A stretch of 64,000 nucleotides of DNA, from NCBI GenBank assembly GCA_964057225.1, contig CAXKVF010000074.1, positions 895,012-959,011 of the forward strand, given 5' to 3'. Positions 27,691 through 42,059 of the stretch are shown here, in pieces; the stretch's first letter is position 1, and every line of letters starts with the position of its first letter. Source of the stretch: Auanema rhodensis. Lineage: Eukaryota; Animalia; Nematoda. The notes below the pieces were generated by a model. That model did no database searches. It was not told the origin of the DNA and worked only from the letters and a program-made list of their open reading frames with translations. Both the position numbers and the translations under genes were made by a program.

Positions 27691-30600
27691 ACGTGATGTG
27701 CACTTGGTATGTAACTCGCTTCACGTGAAAGATAAAGAGATGCGGTTTTCAAAATTAGATTCCCCATGTCCATATTAGTCTAAAAACAAATTTTTATTGA
27801 TATTGGTGCATGGTAACCATGACTTTGAAATTTACGTGAACTTTAATTTATGCTAATTAAATGTACACGTGATGTGCACTTGGTATGTAACTCGCTTCAC
27901 GTGAAAGATAAAGAGATGCGGTTTTCAAAATTAGATTCCCCATGTCCATATTAGTCTAAAAACAAATTTTTATTGATATTGGTTCATGGTAACCATGACT
28001 TTGAAATTTACGTGAACTTTAATTTATGCTAATTAAATGTATACGTGATGTGCACTTGGTATGTAACTCGCTTCACGTGAAAGATAAAGAGATGCGGTTT
28101 TCAAAATTAGATTCCCCATGTCCATATTAGTCTAAAAACAAATTTTTATTGATATTGGTTCATGGTAACCATGACTTTGAAATTTACGTGAACTTTAATT
28201 TATGCTAATTAAATGTATACGTGATGTGCACTTGGTATGTAACTCGCTTCACGTGAAAGATAAAGAGATGCAGTTTTCAAAATTAGATTCCCCATGTCCA
28301 TATTAGTCTAAAAACAAATTTTTATTGATATTGGTTCATGGTAACCATGACTTTGAAATTTACGTGAACTTTAATTTATGCTAATTAAATGTACACGTGA
28401 TGTGCACTTGGTATGTAACTCGCTTCACGTGAAAGATAAAGAGATGCGGTTTTCAAAATTAGATTCCCCATGTCCATATTAGTCTAAAAACAAATTTTTC
28501 TTGATATTGGTTCATGGTAACCATGACTTTGAAATTTACGTGAACTTTAATTTATGCTAATTAAATGTACACGTGATGTGCACTTGGTATGTAACTCGCT
28601 TCACGTGAAAGATAAAGAGATGCGGTTTTCAAAATTAGATTCCCCATGTCCATATTAGTCTAAAAACAAATTTTTATTGATATTAGTTCATGGTAACCAT
28701 GACTTTGAAATTTACGTGAACTTTAATTTATGCTAATTAAATGTACACGTGATGTGCACTTGGTATGTAACTCGCTTCACGTGAAAGATAAAGAGATGCG
28801 GTTTTCAAAATTAGATTCCCCATGTCCATATTAGTCTAAAAACAAATTTTTATTGATATTGGTTCATGGTAACCATGACTTTGCAGTTTACGTGAACTTT
28901 AATTAATGCTAATTAAATGTACACGTGATGTGCACTTGGTATGTAACTCGCTTCACGTGAAAGATAAAGAGATGCGGTTTTCAAAATTAGATTCCCCATG
29001 TCCATATTAGTCTAAAAACAAATTTTTCTCGATATTGGTTCATGGTAACCATGACTTTGAAATTTACGTGAACTTTAATTTATGCTAATTAAATGTACAC
29101 GTGATGTGCACTTGGTATGTAACTCGCTTCACGTGAAAGATGAAGAGATGCGGTTTTCAAAATTAGATTCCCCATGTCCATATTAGTCTAAAAACAAATT
29201 TTTATTGATATTGGTGCATGGTAACCATGACTTTGAAATTTACGTGAACTTTAATTTATGCTAATTAAATGTACACGTGATGTGCACTTGGTATGTAACT
29301 CGCTTCACGTGAAAGATGAAGAGATGCGGTTTTCAAAATTAGATTCCCCATGTCCATATTAGTCTAAAAACAAATTTTTATTGATATTGGTGCATGGTAA
29401 CCATGACTTTGAAATTTACGTGAACTTTAATTTATGCTAATTAAATGTACACGTGATGTGCACTTGGTATGTAACTCGCTTCACGTGAGAGATAAAGAGA
29501 TGCGGTTTTCAAAATTAGATTCCCCATGTCCATATTAGTCTAAAAACAAATTTTTATTGATATTGGTGCATGGTAACCATGACTTTGAAATTTACGTGAA
29601 CTTTAATTTATGCTAATTAAATGTACACGTGATGTGCACTTGGTATGTAACTCGCTTCACGTGAAAGATAAAGAGATGCGGTTTTCAAAATTAGATTCCC
29701 CATGTCCATATTAGTCTAAAAACAAATTTTTATTGATATTGGTGCATGGTAACCATGACTTTGAAATTTACGTGAACTTTAATTTATGCTAATTAAATGT
29801 ACACGTGATGTGCACTTGGTATGTAACTCTCTTCACGTGAAAGATAAAGAGATGCGGTTTTCAAAATTAGATTCCCCAACTCCATATTAGTCTAAAAACA
29901 AATTTTTATTGATATTGGTTCATGGTAACCATGACTTTGAAATTTACGTGAACTTTAATTTATGCTAATTAAATGTACACGTGATGTGCACTTGGTATGT
30001 AACTCGCTTCACGTGAAAGATGAAGAGATGCGGTTTTCAAAATTAGATTCCCCATTTCCATATTAGTCTAAAAACAAATTTTTATTGATATTGGTTCATG
30101 GTAACCATGACTTTGAAATTTACGTGAACTTTAATTTATGCTAATTAAATGTACACGTGATGTGCACTTGGTATGTAACTCGCTTCACGTGAAAGATGAA
30201 GAGATGCGGTTTTCAAAATTAGATTCCCCATGTCCATATTAGTCTAAAAACAAATTTTTATTGATATTGGTGCATGGTAACCATGACTTTGAAATTTACG
30301 TGAACTTTAATTTATGCTAATTAAATGTACACGTGATGTGCACTTGGTATGTAACTCGCTTCACGTGACAGATAAAGAGATGCGGTTTTCAAAATTAGAT
30401 TCCCCATGTCCATATTAGTCTAAAAACAAATTTTTATTGATATTGGTGCATGGTAACCATGACTTTGAAATTTACGTGAACTTTAATTTATGCTAATTAA
30501 ATGTACACGTGATGTGCACTTGGTATGTAACTCTCTTCACGTGAAAGATAAAGAGATGCGGTTTTCAAAATTAGATTCCCCATGTCCATATTAGTCTAAA

Positions 30601-31851
30601 AACAAATTTTTATTGATATTGGTGCATGGTAACCATGACTTTGAAATTTACGTGAACTTTAATTTATGCTAATTAAATGTACACGTGATGTGCACTTGGT
30701 ATGTAACTCGCTTCACGTGAAAGATAAAGAGATGCGGTTTTCAAAATTAGATTCCCCATGTCCATATTAGTCTAAAAACAAATTTTTATTGATATTGGTG
30801 CATGGTAACCATGACTTTGAAATTTACGTGAACTTTAATTTATGCTAATTAAATGTACACGTGATGTGCACTTGGTATGTAACTCTCTTCACGTGAAAGA
30901 TAAAGAGATGCGGTTTTCAAAATTAGATTCCCCATGTCCATATTAGTCTAAAAACAAATTTTTATTGATATTGGTTCATGGTAACCATGACTTTGAAATT
31001 TACGTGAACTTTAATTTATGCTAATTAAATGTACACGTGATGTGCACTTGGTATGTAACTCGCTTCACGTGAAAGATAAAGAGATGCGGTTTTCAAAATT
31101 AGATTCCCCATGTCCATATTAGTCTAAAAACAAATTTTTATTGATATTGGTTCATGGTAACCATGACTTTGAAATTTACGTGAACTTTAATTTATGCTAA
31201 TTAAATGTACACGTGATGTGCACTTGGTATGTAACTCGCTTCACGTGACAGATAAAGAGATGCGGTTTTCAAAATTAGATTCCCCATGTCCATATTAGTC
31301 TAAAAACAAATTTTTATTGATATTGGTGCATGGTAACCATGACTTTGAAATTTACGTGAACTTTAATTTATGCTAATTAAATGTACACGTGATGTGCACT
31401 TGGTATGTGACTCGCTTCACGTGAAAGATAAAGAGATGCGGTTTTCAAAATTAGATTCCCCATGTCCATATTAGTCTAAAAACAAATTTTTATTGATATT
31501 GGTGCATGGTAACCATGACTTTGAAATTTACGTGAACTTTAATTTATGCTAATTAAATGTACACGTGATGTGCACTTGGTATGTAACTCTCTTCACGTGA
31601 AAGATAAAGAGATGCGGTTTTCAAAATTAGATTCCCCATGTCCATATTAGTCTAAAAACAAATTTTTATTGATATTGGTTCATGGTAACCATGACTTTGA
31701 AATTTACGTGAACTTTAATTTATGCTAATTAAATGTACACGTGATGTGCACTTGGTATGTAACTCGCTTCACGTGAAAGATGAAGAGATGCGGTTTTTAA
31801 AATTAGATTCCCCATGTCCATATTAGTCTAAAAACAAATTTTTATTGATAT

Positions 31852-34850
31852 TGGTGCATGGTAACCATGACTTTGAAATTTACGTGAACTTTAATTTATG
31901 CTAATTAAATGTACACGTGATGTGCACTTGGTATGTAACTCGCTTCACGTGAAAGATGAAGAGATGCGGTTTTCAAAATTAGATTCCCCATGTCCATATT
32001 AGTCTAAAAACAAATTTTTATTGATATTGGTGCATGGTAACCATGACTTTGAAATTTACGTGAACTTTAATTTATGCTGATTAAATGTACACGTGATGTG
32101 CACTTGGTATGTAACTCGCTTCACGTGAGAGATAAAGAGATGCGGTTTTCAAAATTAGATTCCCCATGTCCATATTAGTCTAAAAACAAATTTTTATTGA
32201 TATTGGTGCATGGTAACCATGACTTTGAAATTTACGTGAACTTTAATTTATGCTAATTAAATGTACACGTGATGTGCACTTGGTATGTAACTCGCTTCAC
32301 GTGAAAGATAAAGAGATGCGGTTTTCAAAATTAGATTCCCCATGTCCATATTAGTCTAAAAACAAATTTTTATTGATATTGGTTCATGGTAACCATGACT
32401 TTGAAATTTACGTGAACTTTAATTTATGCTAATTAAATGTACACGTGATGTGCACTTGGTATGTAACTCGCTTCACGTGAAAGATAAAGAGATGCGGTTT
32501 TCAAAATTAGATTCCCCATGTCCATATTAGTCTAAAAACAAATTTTTATTGATATTGGTTCATGGTAACCATGACTTTGAAATTTACGTGAACTTTAATT
32601 TATGCTAATTAAATGTACACGTGATGTGCACTTGGTATGTAACTCGCTTCACGTGAAAGATAAAGAGATGCGGTTTTCAAAATTAGATTCCCCATGTCCA
32701 TATTAGTCTAAAAACAAATTTTTATTGATATTGGTGCATGGTAACCATGACTTTGAAATTTACGTGAACTTTAATTTATGCTAATTAAATGTACACGTGA
32801 TGTGCACTTGGTATGTAACTCGCTTCACGTGAAAGATAAAGAGATGCGGTTTCCAAAATTAGATTCCCCATGTCCATATTAGTCTAAAAACAAATTTTTA
32901 TTGATATTGGTTCATGGTAACCATGACTTTGAAATTTACGTGAACTTTAATTTATGCTAATTAAATGTACACGTGATGTGCACTTGGTATGTAACTCGCT
33001 TCACGTGAAAGATAAAGAGATGCGGTTTTCAAAATTAGATTCCCCATGTCCATATTAGTCTAAAAACAAATTTTCATTGATATTGGTGCATGGTAACCAT
33101 GACTTTGAAATTTACGTGAACTTTAATTTATGCTAATTAAATGTACACGTGATGTTAACTTGGTATGTAACTCGCTTCACGTGAAAGATGAAGAGATGCG
33201 GTTTTCAAAATTAGATTCCCCATGTCCATATTAGTCTAAAAACAAATTTTTATTGATATTGGTGCATGGTAACCATGACTTTGAAATTTACGTGAACTTT
33301 AATTTATGCTAATTAAATGTACACGTGATGTGCTCTTGGTATGTAACTCGCTTCACGTGAGAGATAAAGAGATGCGGTTTTCAAAATTAGATTCCCCATG
33401 TCCATATTAGTCTAAAAACAAATTTTTATTGATATTGGTGCATGGTAACCATGACTTTGAAATTTACGTGAACTTTAATTTATGCTAATTAAATGTACAC
33501 GTGATGTGCACTTGGTATGTAACTCGCTTCACGTGAAAGATAAAGAGATGCGGTTTTCAAAATTAGATTCCCCATGTCCATATTAGTCTAAAAACAAATT
33601 TTTATTGATATTGGTTCATGGTAACCATGACTTTGAAATTTACGTGAACTTTAATTTATGCTAATTAAATGTACACGTGATGTGCACTTGGTATGTAACT
33701 CGCTTCACGTGAAAGATAAAGAGATGCGGTTTTCAAAATTAGATTCCCCATGTCCATATTAGTCTAAAAACAAATTTTTATTGATATTGGTTCATGGTAA
33801 CCATGACTTTGAAATTTACGTGAACTTTAATTTATGCTAATTAAATGTACACGTGATGTGCACTTGGTATGTAACTCGCTTCACGTGAAAGATAAAGAGA
33901 TGCGGTTTTCAAAATTAGATTCCCCATGTCCATATTAGTCTAAAAACAAATTTTTATTGATATTGGTGCATGGTAACCATGACTTTGAAATTTACGTGAA
34001 CTTTAATTTATGCTAATTAAATGTACACGTGATGTGCACTTGGTATGTAACTCGCTTCACGTGAAAGATAAAGAGATGCGGTTTCCAAAATTAGATTCCC
34101 CATGTCCATATTAGTCTAAAAACAAATTTTTATTGATATTGGTTCATGGTAACCATGACTTTGAAATTTACGTGAACTTTAATTTATGCTAATTAAATGT
34201 ACACGTGATGTGCACTTGGTATGTAACTCGCTTCACGTGAAAGATAAAGAGATGCGGTTTTCAAAATTAGATTCCCCATGTCCATATTAGTCTAAAAACA
34301 AATTTTTATTGATATTGGTGCATGGTAACCATGACTTTGAAATTTACGTGAACTTTAATTTATGCTAATTAAATGTACACGTGATGTGCACTTGGTATGT
34401 AACTCGCTTCACGTGAAAGATGAAGAGATGCGGTTTTCAAAATTAGATTCCCCATGTCCATATTAGTCTAAAAACAAATTTTTATTGATATTGGTGCATG
34501 GTAACCATGACTTTGAAATTTACGTGAACTTTAATTTATGCTAATTAAATGTACACGTGATGTGCACTTGGTATGTAACTCGCTTCACGTGAGAGATAAA
34601 GAGATGCGGTTTTCAAAATTAGATTCCCCATGTCCATATTAGTCTAAAAACAAATTTTTATTGATATTGGTGCATGGTAACCATGACTTTGAAATTTACG
34701 TGAACTTTAATTTATGCTAATTAAATGTACACGTGATGTGCACTTGGTATGTAACTCGCTTCACGTGAAAGATAAAGAGATGCGGTTTTCAAAATTAGAT
34801 TCCCCATGTCCATATTAGTCTAAAAACAAATTTTTATTGATATTGGTGCA
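31852..34850 (+). repeat. Tandem 7-mer repeat (1232-bp unit, ~2.4 copies)
   Basis: A107G 31958/33190/34422, A102G 32129/33361/34593, T122C 32853/34085. Confidence 0.88.
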
Positions 34851-35389
34851 TGGTAACCATGACTTTGAAATTTACGTGAACTTTAATTTATGCTAATTAA
34901 ATGTACACGTGATGTGCACTTGGTATGTAACTCTCTTCACGTGAAAGATAAAGAGATGCGGTTTTCAAAATTAGATTCCCCATGTCCATATTAGTCTAAA
35001 AACAAATTTTTATTGATATTGGTGCATGGTAACCATGACTTTGAAATTTACGTGAACTTTAATTTATGCTAATTAAATGTACACGTGATGTGCACTTGGT
35101 ATGTAACTCGCTTCACGTGAAAGATGAAGAGATGCGGTTTTCAAAATTAGATTCCCCATGTCCATATTAGTCTAAAAACAAATTTTTATTGATATTGGTG
35201 CATGGTAACCATGACTTTGAAATTTACGTGAACTTTAATTTATGCTAATTAAATGTACACGTGATGTGCACTTGGTATGTAACTCGCTTCACGTGAGAGA
35301 TAAAGAGATGCGGTTTTCAAAATTAGATTCCCCATGTCCATATTAGTCTAAAAACAAATTTTTATTGATATTGGTGCATGGTAACCATG

Positions 35390-38300
35390 ACTTTGAAATT
35401 TACGTGAACTTTAATTTATGCTAATTAAATGTACACGTGATGTGCACTTGGTATGTAACTCGCTTCACGTGAAAGATAAAGAGATGCGGTTTTCAAAATT
35501 AGATTCCCCATGTCCATATTAGTCTAAAAACAAATTTTTATTGATATTGGTGCATGGTAACCATGACTTTGAAATTTACGTGAACTTTAATTTATGCTAA
35601 TTAAATGTACACGTGATGTGCACTTGGTATGTAACTCTCTTCACGTGAAAGATAAAGAGATGCGGTTTTCAAAATTAGATTCCCCATGTCCATATTAGTC
35701 TAAAAACAAATTTTTATTGATATTGGTTCATGGTAACCATGACTTTGAAATTTACGTGAACTTTAATTTATGCTAATTAAATGTACACGTGATGTGCACT
35801 TGGTATGTAACTCGCTTCACGTGAAAGATAAAGAGATGCGGTTTTCAAAATTAGATTCCCCATGTCCATATTAGTCTAAAAACAAATTTTTATTGATATT
35901 GGTTCATGGTAACCATGACTTTGAAATTTACGTGAACTTTAATTTATGCTAATTAAATGTACACGTGATGTGCACTTGGTATGTAACTCGCTTCACGTGA
36001 AAGATAAAGAGATGCGGTTTTCAAAATTAGATTCCCCATGTCCATATTAGTCTAAAAACAAATTTTTATTGATATTGCTTCATGGTAACCATGACTTTGA
36101 AATTTACGTGAACTTTAATTTATGCTAATTAAATGTACACGTGATGTGCACTTGGTATGTAACTCGCTTCACGTGAAAGATGAAGAGATGCGGTTTTCAA
36201 AATTAGATTCCCCATTTCCATATTAGTCTAAAAACAAATTTTTATTGATATTGGTTCATGGTAACCATGACTTTGAAATTTACGTGAACTTTAATTTATG
36301 CTAATTAAATGTACACGTGATGTGCACTTGGTATGTAACTCGCTTCACGTGAAAGATGAAGAGATGCGGTTTTCAAAATTAGATTCCATATGTCCATATT
36401 AGTCTAAAAACAAATTTTTATTGATATTGGTGCATGGTAACCATGACTTTGAAATTTACGTGAACTTTAATTTATGCTAATTAAATGTACACGTGATGTG
36501 CACTTGGTATGTAACTCGCTTCACGTGAAAGATGAAGAGATGCGGTTTTCAAAATTAGATTCCCCATGTCCATATTAGTCTAAAAACAAATTTTTATTGA
36601 TATTGGTGCATGGTAACCATGACTTTGAAATTTACGTGAACTTTAATTTATGCTAATTAAATGTACACGTGATGTGCACTTGGTATGTAACTCGCTTCAC
36701 GTGAAAGATGAAGAGATGCGGTTTTCAAAATTAGATTCCCCATGTCCATATTAGTCTAAAAACAAATTTTTATTGATATTGGTGCATGGTAACCATGACT
36801 TTGAAATTTACGTGAACTTTAATTTATGCTAATTAAATGTACACGTGATGTGCACTTGGTATGTAACTCGCTTCACGTGAGAGATAAAGAGATGCGGTTT
36901 TCAAAATTAGATTCCCCATGTCCATATTAGTCTAAAAACAAATTTTTATTGATATTGGTGCATGGTAATCATGACTTTGAAATTTACGTGAACTTTAATT
37001 TATGCTAATTAAATGTACACGTGATGTGCACTTGGTATGTAACTCGCTTCACGTGAAAGATAAAGAGATGCGGTTTTCAAAATTAGATTCCCCATGTCCA
37101 TATTAGTCTAAAAACAAATTTTTATTGATATTGGTGCATGGTAACCATGACTTTGAAATTTACGTGAACTTTAATTTATGCTAATTAAATGTACACGTGA
37201 TGTGCACTTGGTATGTAACTCTCTTCACGTGAAAGATAAAGAGATGCGGTTTTCAAAATTAGATTCCCCATGTCCATATTAGTCTAAAAACAAATTTTTA
37301 TTGATATTGGTTCATGGTAACCATGACTTTGAAATTTACGTGAACTTTAATTTATGCTAATTAAATGTACACGTGATGTGCACTTGGTATGTAACTCGCT
37401 TCACGTGAAAGATAAAGAGATGCGGTTTTCAAAATTAGATTCCCCATGTCCATATTAGTCTAAAAACAAATTTTTATTGATATTGGTTCATGGTAACCAT
37501 GACTTTGAAATTTACGTGAACTTTAATTTATGCTAATTAAATGTACACGTGATGTGCACTTGGTATGTAACTCGCTTCACGTGAAAGATAAAGAGATGCG
37601 GTTTTCAAAATTAGATTCCCCATGTCCATATTAGTCTAAAAACAAATTTTTATTGATATTGCTTCATGGTAACCATGACTTTGAAATTTACGTGAACTTT
37701 AATTTATGCTAATTAAATGTACACGTGATGTGCACTTGGTATGTAACTCGCTTCACGTGAAAGATGAAGAGATGCGGTTTTCAAAATTAGATTCCCCATT
37801 TCCATATTAGTCTAAAAACAAATTTTTATTGATATTGGTTCATGGTAACCATGACTTTGAAATTTACGTGAACTTTAATTTATGCTAATTAAATGTACAC
37901 GTGATGTGCACTTGGTATGTAACTCGCTTCACGTGAAAGATGAAGAGATGCGGTTTTCAAAATTAGATTCCATATGTCCATATTAGTCTAAAAACAAATT
38001 TTTATTGATATTGGTGCATGGTAACCATGACTTTGAAATTTACGTGAACTTTAATTTATGCTAATTAAATGTACACGTGATGTGCACTTGGTATGTAACT
38101 CGCTTCACGTGAAAGATGAAGAGATGCGGTTTTCAAAATTAGATTCCCCATGTCCATATTAGTCTAAAAACAAATTTTTATTGATATTGGTGCATGGTAA
38201 CCATGACTTTGAAATTTACGTGAACTTTAATTTATGCTAATTAAATGTACACGTGATGTGCACTTGGTATGTAACTCGCTTCACGTGAAAGATGAAGAGA

Positions 38301-38660
38301 TGCGGTTTTCAAAATTAGATTCCCCATGTCCATATTAGTCTAAAAACAAATTTTTATTGATATTGGTGCATGGTAACCATGACTTTGAAATTTACGTGAA
38401 CTTTAATTTATGCTAATTAAATGTACACGTGATGTGCACTTGGTATGTAACTCGCTTCACGTGAGAGATAAAGAGATGCGGTTTTCAAAATTAGATTCCC
38501 CATGTCCATATTAGTCTAAAAACAAATTTTTATTGATATTGGTGCATGGTAATCATGACTTTGAAATTTACGTGAACTTTAATTTATGCTAATTAAATGT
38601 ACACGTGATGTGCACTTGGTATGTAACTCGCTTCACGTGAAAGATAAAGAGATGCGGTTT
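35390..38660 (+). repeat. Tandem 9-mer duplication (2 x 1584 bp)
   Basis: G91T 35638/37222, G3C 36078/37662, G141T 36216/37800, the CC>AT doublet ~36389/37973, A102G 36881/38465, C14T 36969/38553. Confidence 0.93.
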
Positions 38661-41600
38661 TTAAAATTAGATTCCCCATGTCCATATTAGTCTAAAAACA
38701 AATTTTTATTGATATTGGTGCATGGTAACCATGACTTTGAAATTTACGTGAACTTTAATTTATGCTAATTAAATGTACACGTGATGTGCACTTGGTATGT
38801 AACTCGCTTCACGTGAAAGACGAAGAGATGCGGTTTTCAAAATTAGATTCCCCATGTCCATATTAGTCTAAAAACAAATTTTTATTGATATTGGTGCATG
38901 GTAACCATGACTTTGAAATTTACGTGAACTTTAATTTATGCTAATTAAATGTACACGTGATGTGCACTTGGTATGTAACTCGCTTCACGTGAGAGATAAA
39001 GAGATGCGGTTTTCAAAATTAGATTCCCCATGTCCATATTAGTCTAAAAACAAATTTTTATTGATATTGGTGCATGGTAACCATGACTTTGAAATTTACG
39101 TGAACTTTAATTTATGCTAATTAAATGTACACGTGATGTGCACTTGGTATGTAACTCGCTTCACGTGAAAGATAAAGAGATGCGGTTTTCAAAATTAGAT
39201 TCCCCATGTCCATATTAGTCTAAAAACAAATTTTTATTGATATTGGTGCATGGTAACCATGACTTTGAAATTTACGTGAACTTTAATTTATGCTAATTAA
39301 ATGTACACGTGATGTGCACTTGGTATGTAACTCTCTTCACGTGAAAGATAAAGAGATGCGGTTTTCAAAATTAGATTCCCCATGTCCATATTAGTCTAAA
39401 AACAAATTTTTATTGATATTGGTTCATGGTAACCATGACTTTGAAATTAACGTGAACTTTAATTTATGCTAATTAAATGTACACGTGATGTGCACTTGGT
39501 ATGTAACTCGCTTCACGTGAAAGATAAAGAGATGCGGTTTTCAAAATTAGATTCCCCATGTCCATATTAGTCTAAAAACAAATTTTTATTGATATTGGTG
39601 CATGGTAACCATGACTTTGAAATTTACGTGAACTTTAATTTATGCTAATTAAATGTACACGTGATGTGCACTTGGTATGTAACTCGCTTCACGTGAAAGA
39701 TAAAGAGATGCGGTTTTCAAAATTAGATTCCCCATGTCCATATTAGTCTAAAAACAAATTTTTATTGATATTGGTTCATGGTAACCATGACTTTGAAATT
39801 TACGTGAACTTTAATTTATGCTAATTAAATGTACACGTGATGTGCACTTGGTATGTAACTCGCTTCACGTGAAAGATAAAGAGATGCGGTTTTCAAAATT
39901 AGATTCCCCATGTCCATATTAGTCTAAAAACAAATTTTTATTGATATTGGTGCATGGTAACCATGACTTTGAAATTTACGTGAACTTTAATTTATGCTAA
40001 TTAAATGTACACGTGATGTGCACTTGGTATGTAACTCGCTTCACGTGAAAGATAAAGAGATGCGGTTTTCAAAATTAGATTCCCCATGTCCATATTAGTC
40101 TAAAAACAAATTTTTATTGATATTGGTGCATGGTAACCATGACTTTGAAATTTACGTGAACTTTAATTTATGCTAATTAAATGTACACGTGATGTGCACT
40201 TGGTATGTAACTCGCTTCACGTGAAAGATGAAGAGATGCGGTTTTCACAATTAGATTCCCCATGTCCATATTAGTCTAAAAACAAATTTTTATTGATATT
40301 GGTGCATGGTAACCATGACTTTGAAATTTACGTGAACTTTAATTTATGCTAATTAAATGTACACGTGATGTGCACTTGGTATGTAACTCTCTTCACGTGA
40401 AAGATAAAGAGATGCGGTTTTCAAAATTAGATTCCCCATGTCCATATTAGTCTAAAAACAAATTTTTATTGATATTGGTTCATGGTAACCATGACTTTGC
40501 AATTTACGTGAACTTTAATTTATGCTAATTAAATGTACACGTGATGTGCACTTGGTATGTAACTCGCTTCACGTGAAAGATAAAGAGATGCGGTTTTCAA
40601 AATTAGATTTCCCATGTCCATATTAGTCTAAAAACAAATTTTTATTGATATTGGTGCATGGTAACCATGACTTTGAAATTTACGTGAACTTTAATTTATG
40701 CTAATTAAATGTACACGTGATGTGCACTTGGTATGTAACTCGCTTCACGTGAAAGATAAAGAGATGCGGTTTTCAAAATTAGATTCCCCATGTCCATGTT
40801 AGTCTAAAAACAAATTTTTATTGATATTGGTTCATGGTAACCATGACTTTGAAATTTACGTGAACTTTAATTTATGCTAATTAAATGTACACGTGATGTG
40901 CACTTGGTATGTAACTCGCTTCACGTGAAAGATAAAGAGATGCGGTTTTCAAAATTAGATTCCCCATGTCCATATTAGTCTAAAAACAAATTTTTATTGA
41001 TATTGGTTCATGGTAACCATGACTTTGAAATTTACGTGAACTTTAATTTATGCTAATTAAATGTACACGTGATGTGCACTTGGTATGTAACTCGCTTCAC
41101 GTGAAAGATAAAGAGATGCGGTTTTCAAAATTAGATTTCCCATGTCCATATTAGTCTAAAAACAAATTTTTATTGATATTGGTGCATGGTAACCATGACT
41201 TTGAAATTTACGTGAACTTTAATTTATGCTAATTAAATGTACACGTGATGTGCACTTGGTATGTAACTCGCTTCACGTGAAAGATAAAGAGATGCGGTTT
41301 TCAAAATTAGATTCCCCATGTCCATATTAGTCTAAAAACAAATTTTTATTGATATTGGTGCATGGTAACCATGACTTTGAAATTTACGTGAACTTTAATT
41401 TATGCTAATTAAATGTACACGTGATGTGCACTTGGTATGTAACTCGCTTCACGTGAAAGATAAAGAGATGCGGTTTTCAAAATTAGACTCCCCATGTCCA
41501 TATTAGTCTAAAAACAAATTTTTATTGATATTGGTGCATGGTAACCATGACTTTGAAATTTACGTGAACTTTAATTTATGCTAATTAAATGTACACGTGA

Positions 41601-42059
41601 TGTGCACTTGGTATGTAACTCGCTTCACGTGAAAGATAAAGAGATGCGGTTTTCAAAATTAGATTCCCCATGTCCATGTTAGTCTAAAAACAAATTTTTA
41701 TTGATATTGGTTCATGGTAACCATGACTTTGAAATTTACGTGAACTTTAATTTATGCTAATTAAATGTACACGTGATGTGCACTTGCTATGTAACTCGCT
41801 TCACGTGAAAGATAAAGAGATGCGGTTTTCAAAATTAGATTCCCCATGTCCATATTAGTCTAAAAACAAATTTTTATTGATATTGCTTCATGGTAACCAT
41901 GACTTTGAAATTTACGTGAACTTTAATTTATGCTAATTAAATGTACACGTGATGTGCACTTGGTATGTAACTCGCTTCACGTGAAAGATAAAGAGATGCG
42001 GTTTTCACAATTAGATTCCCCATGTCCATATTAGTCTAAAAACAAATTTTTATTGATAT

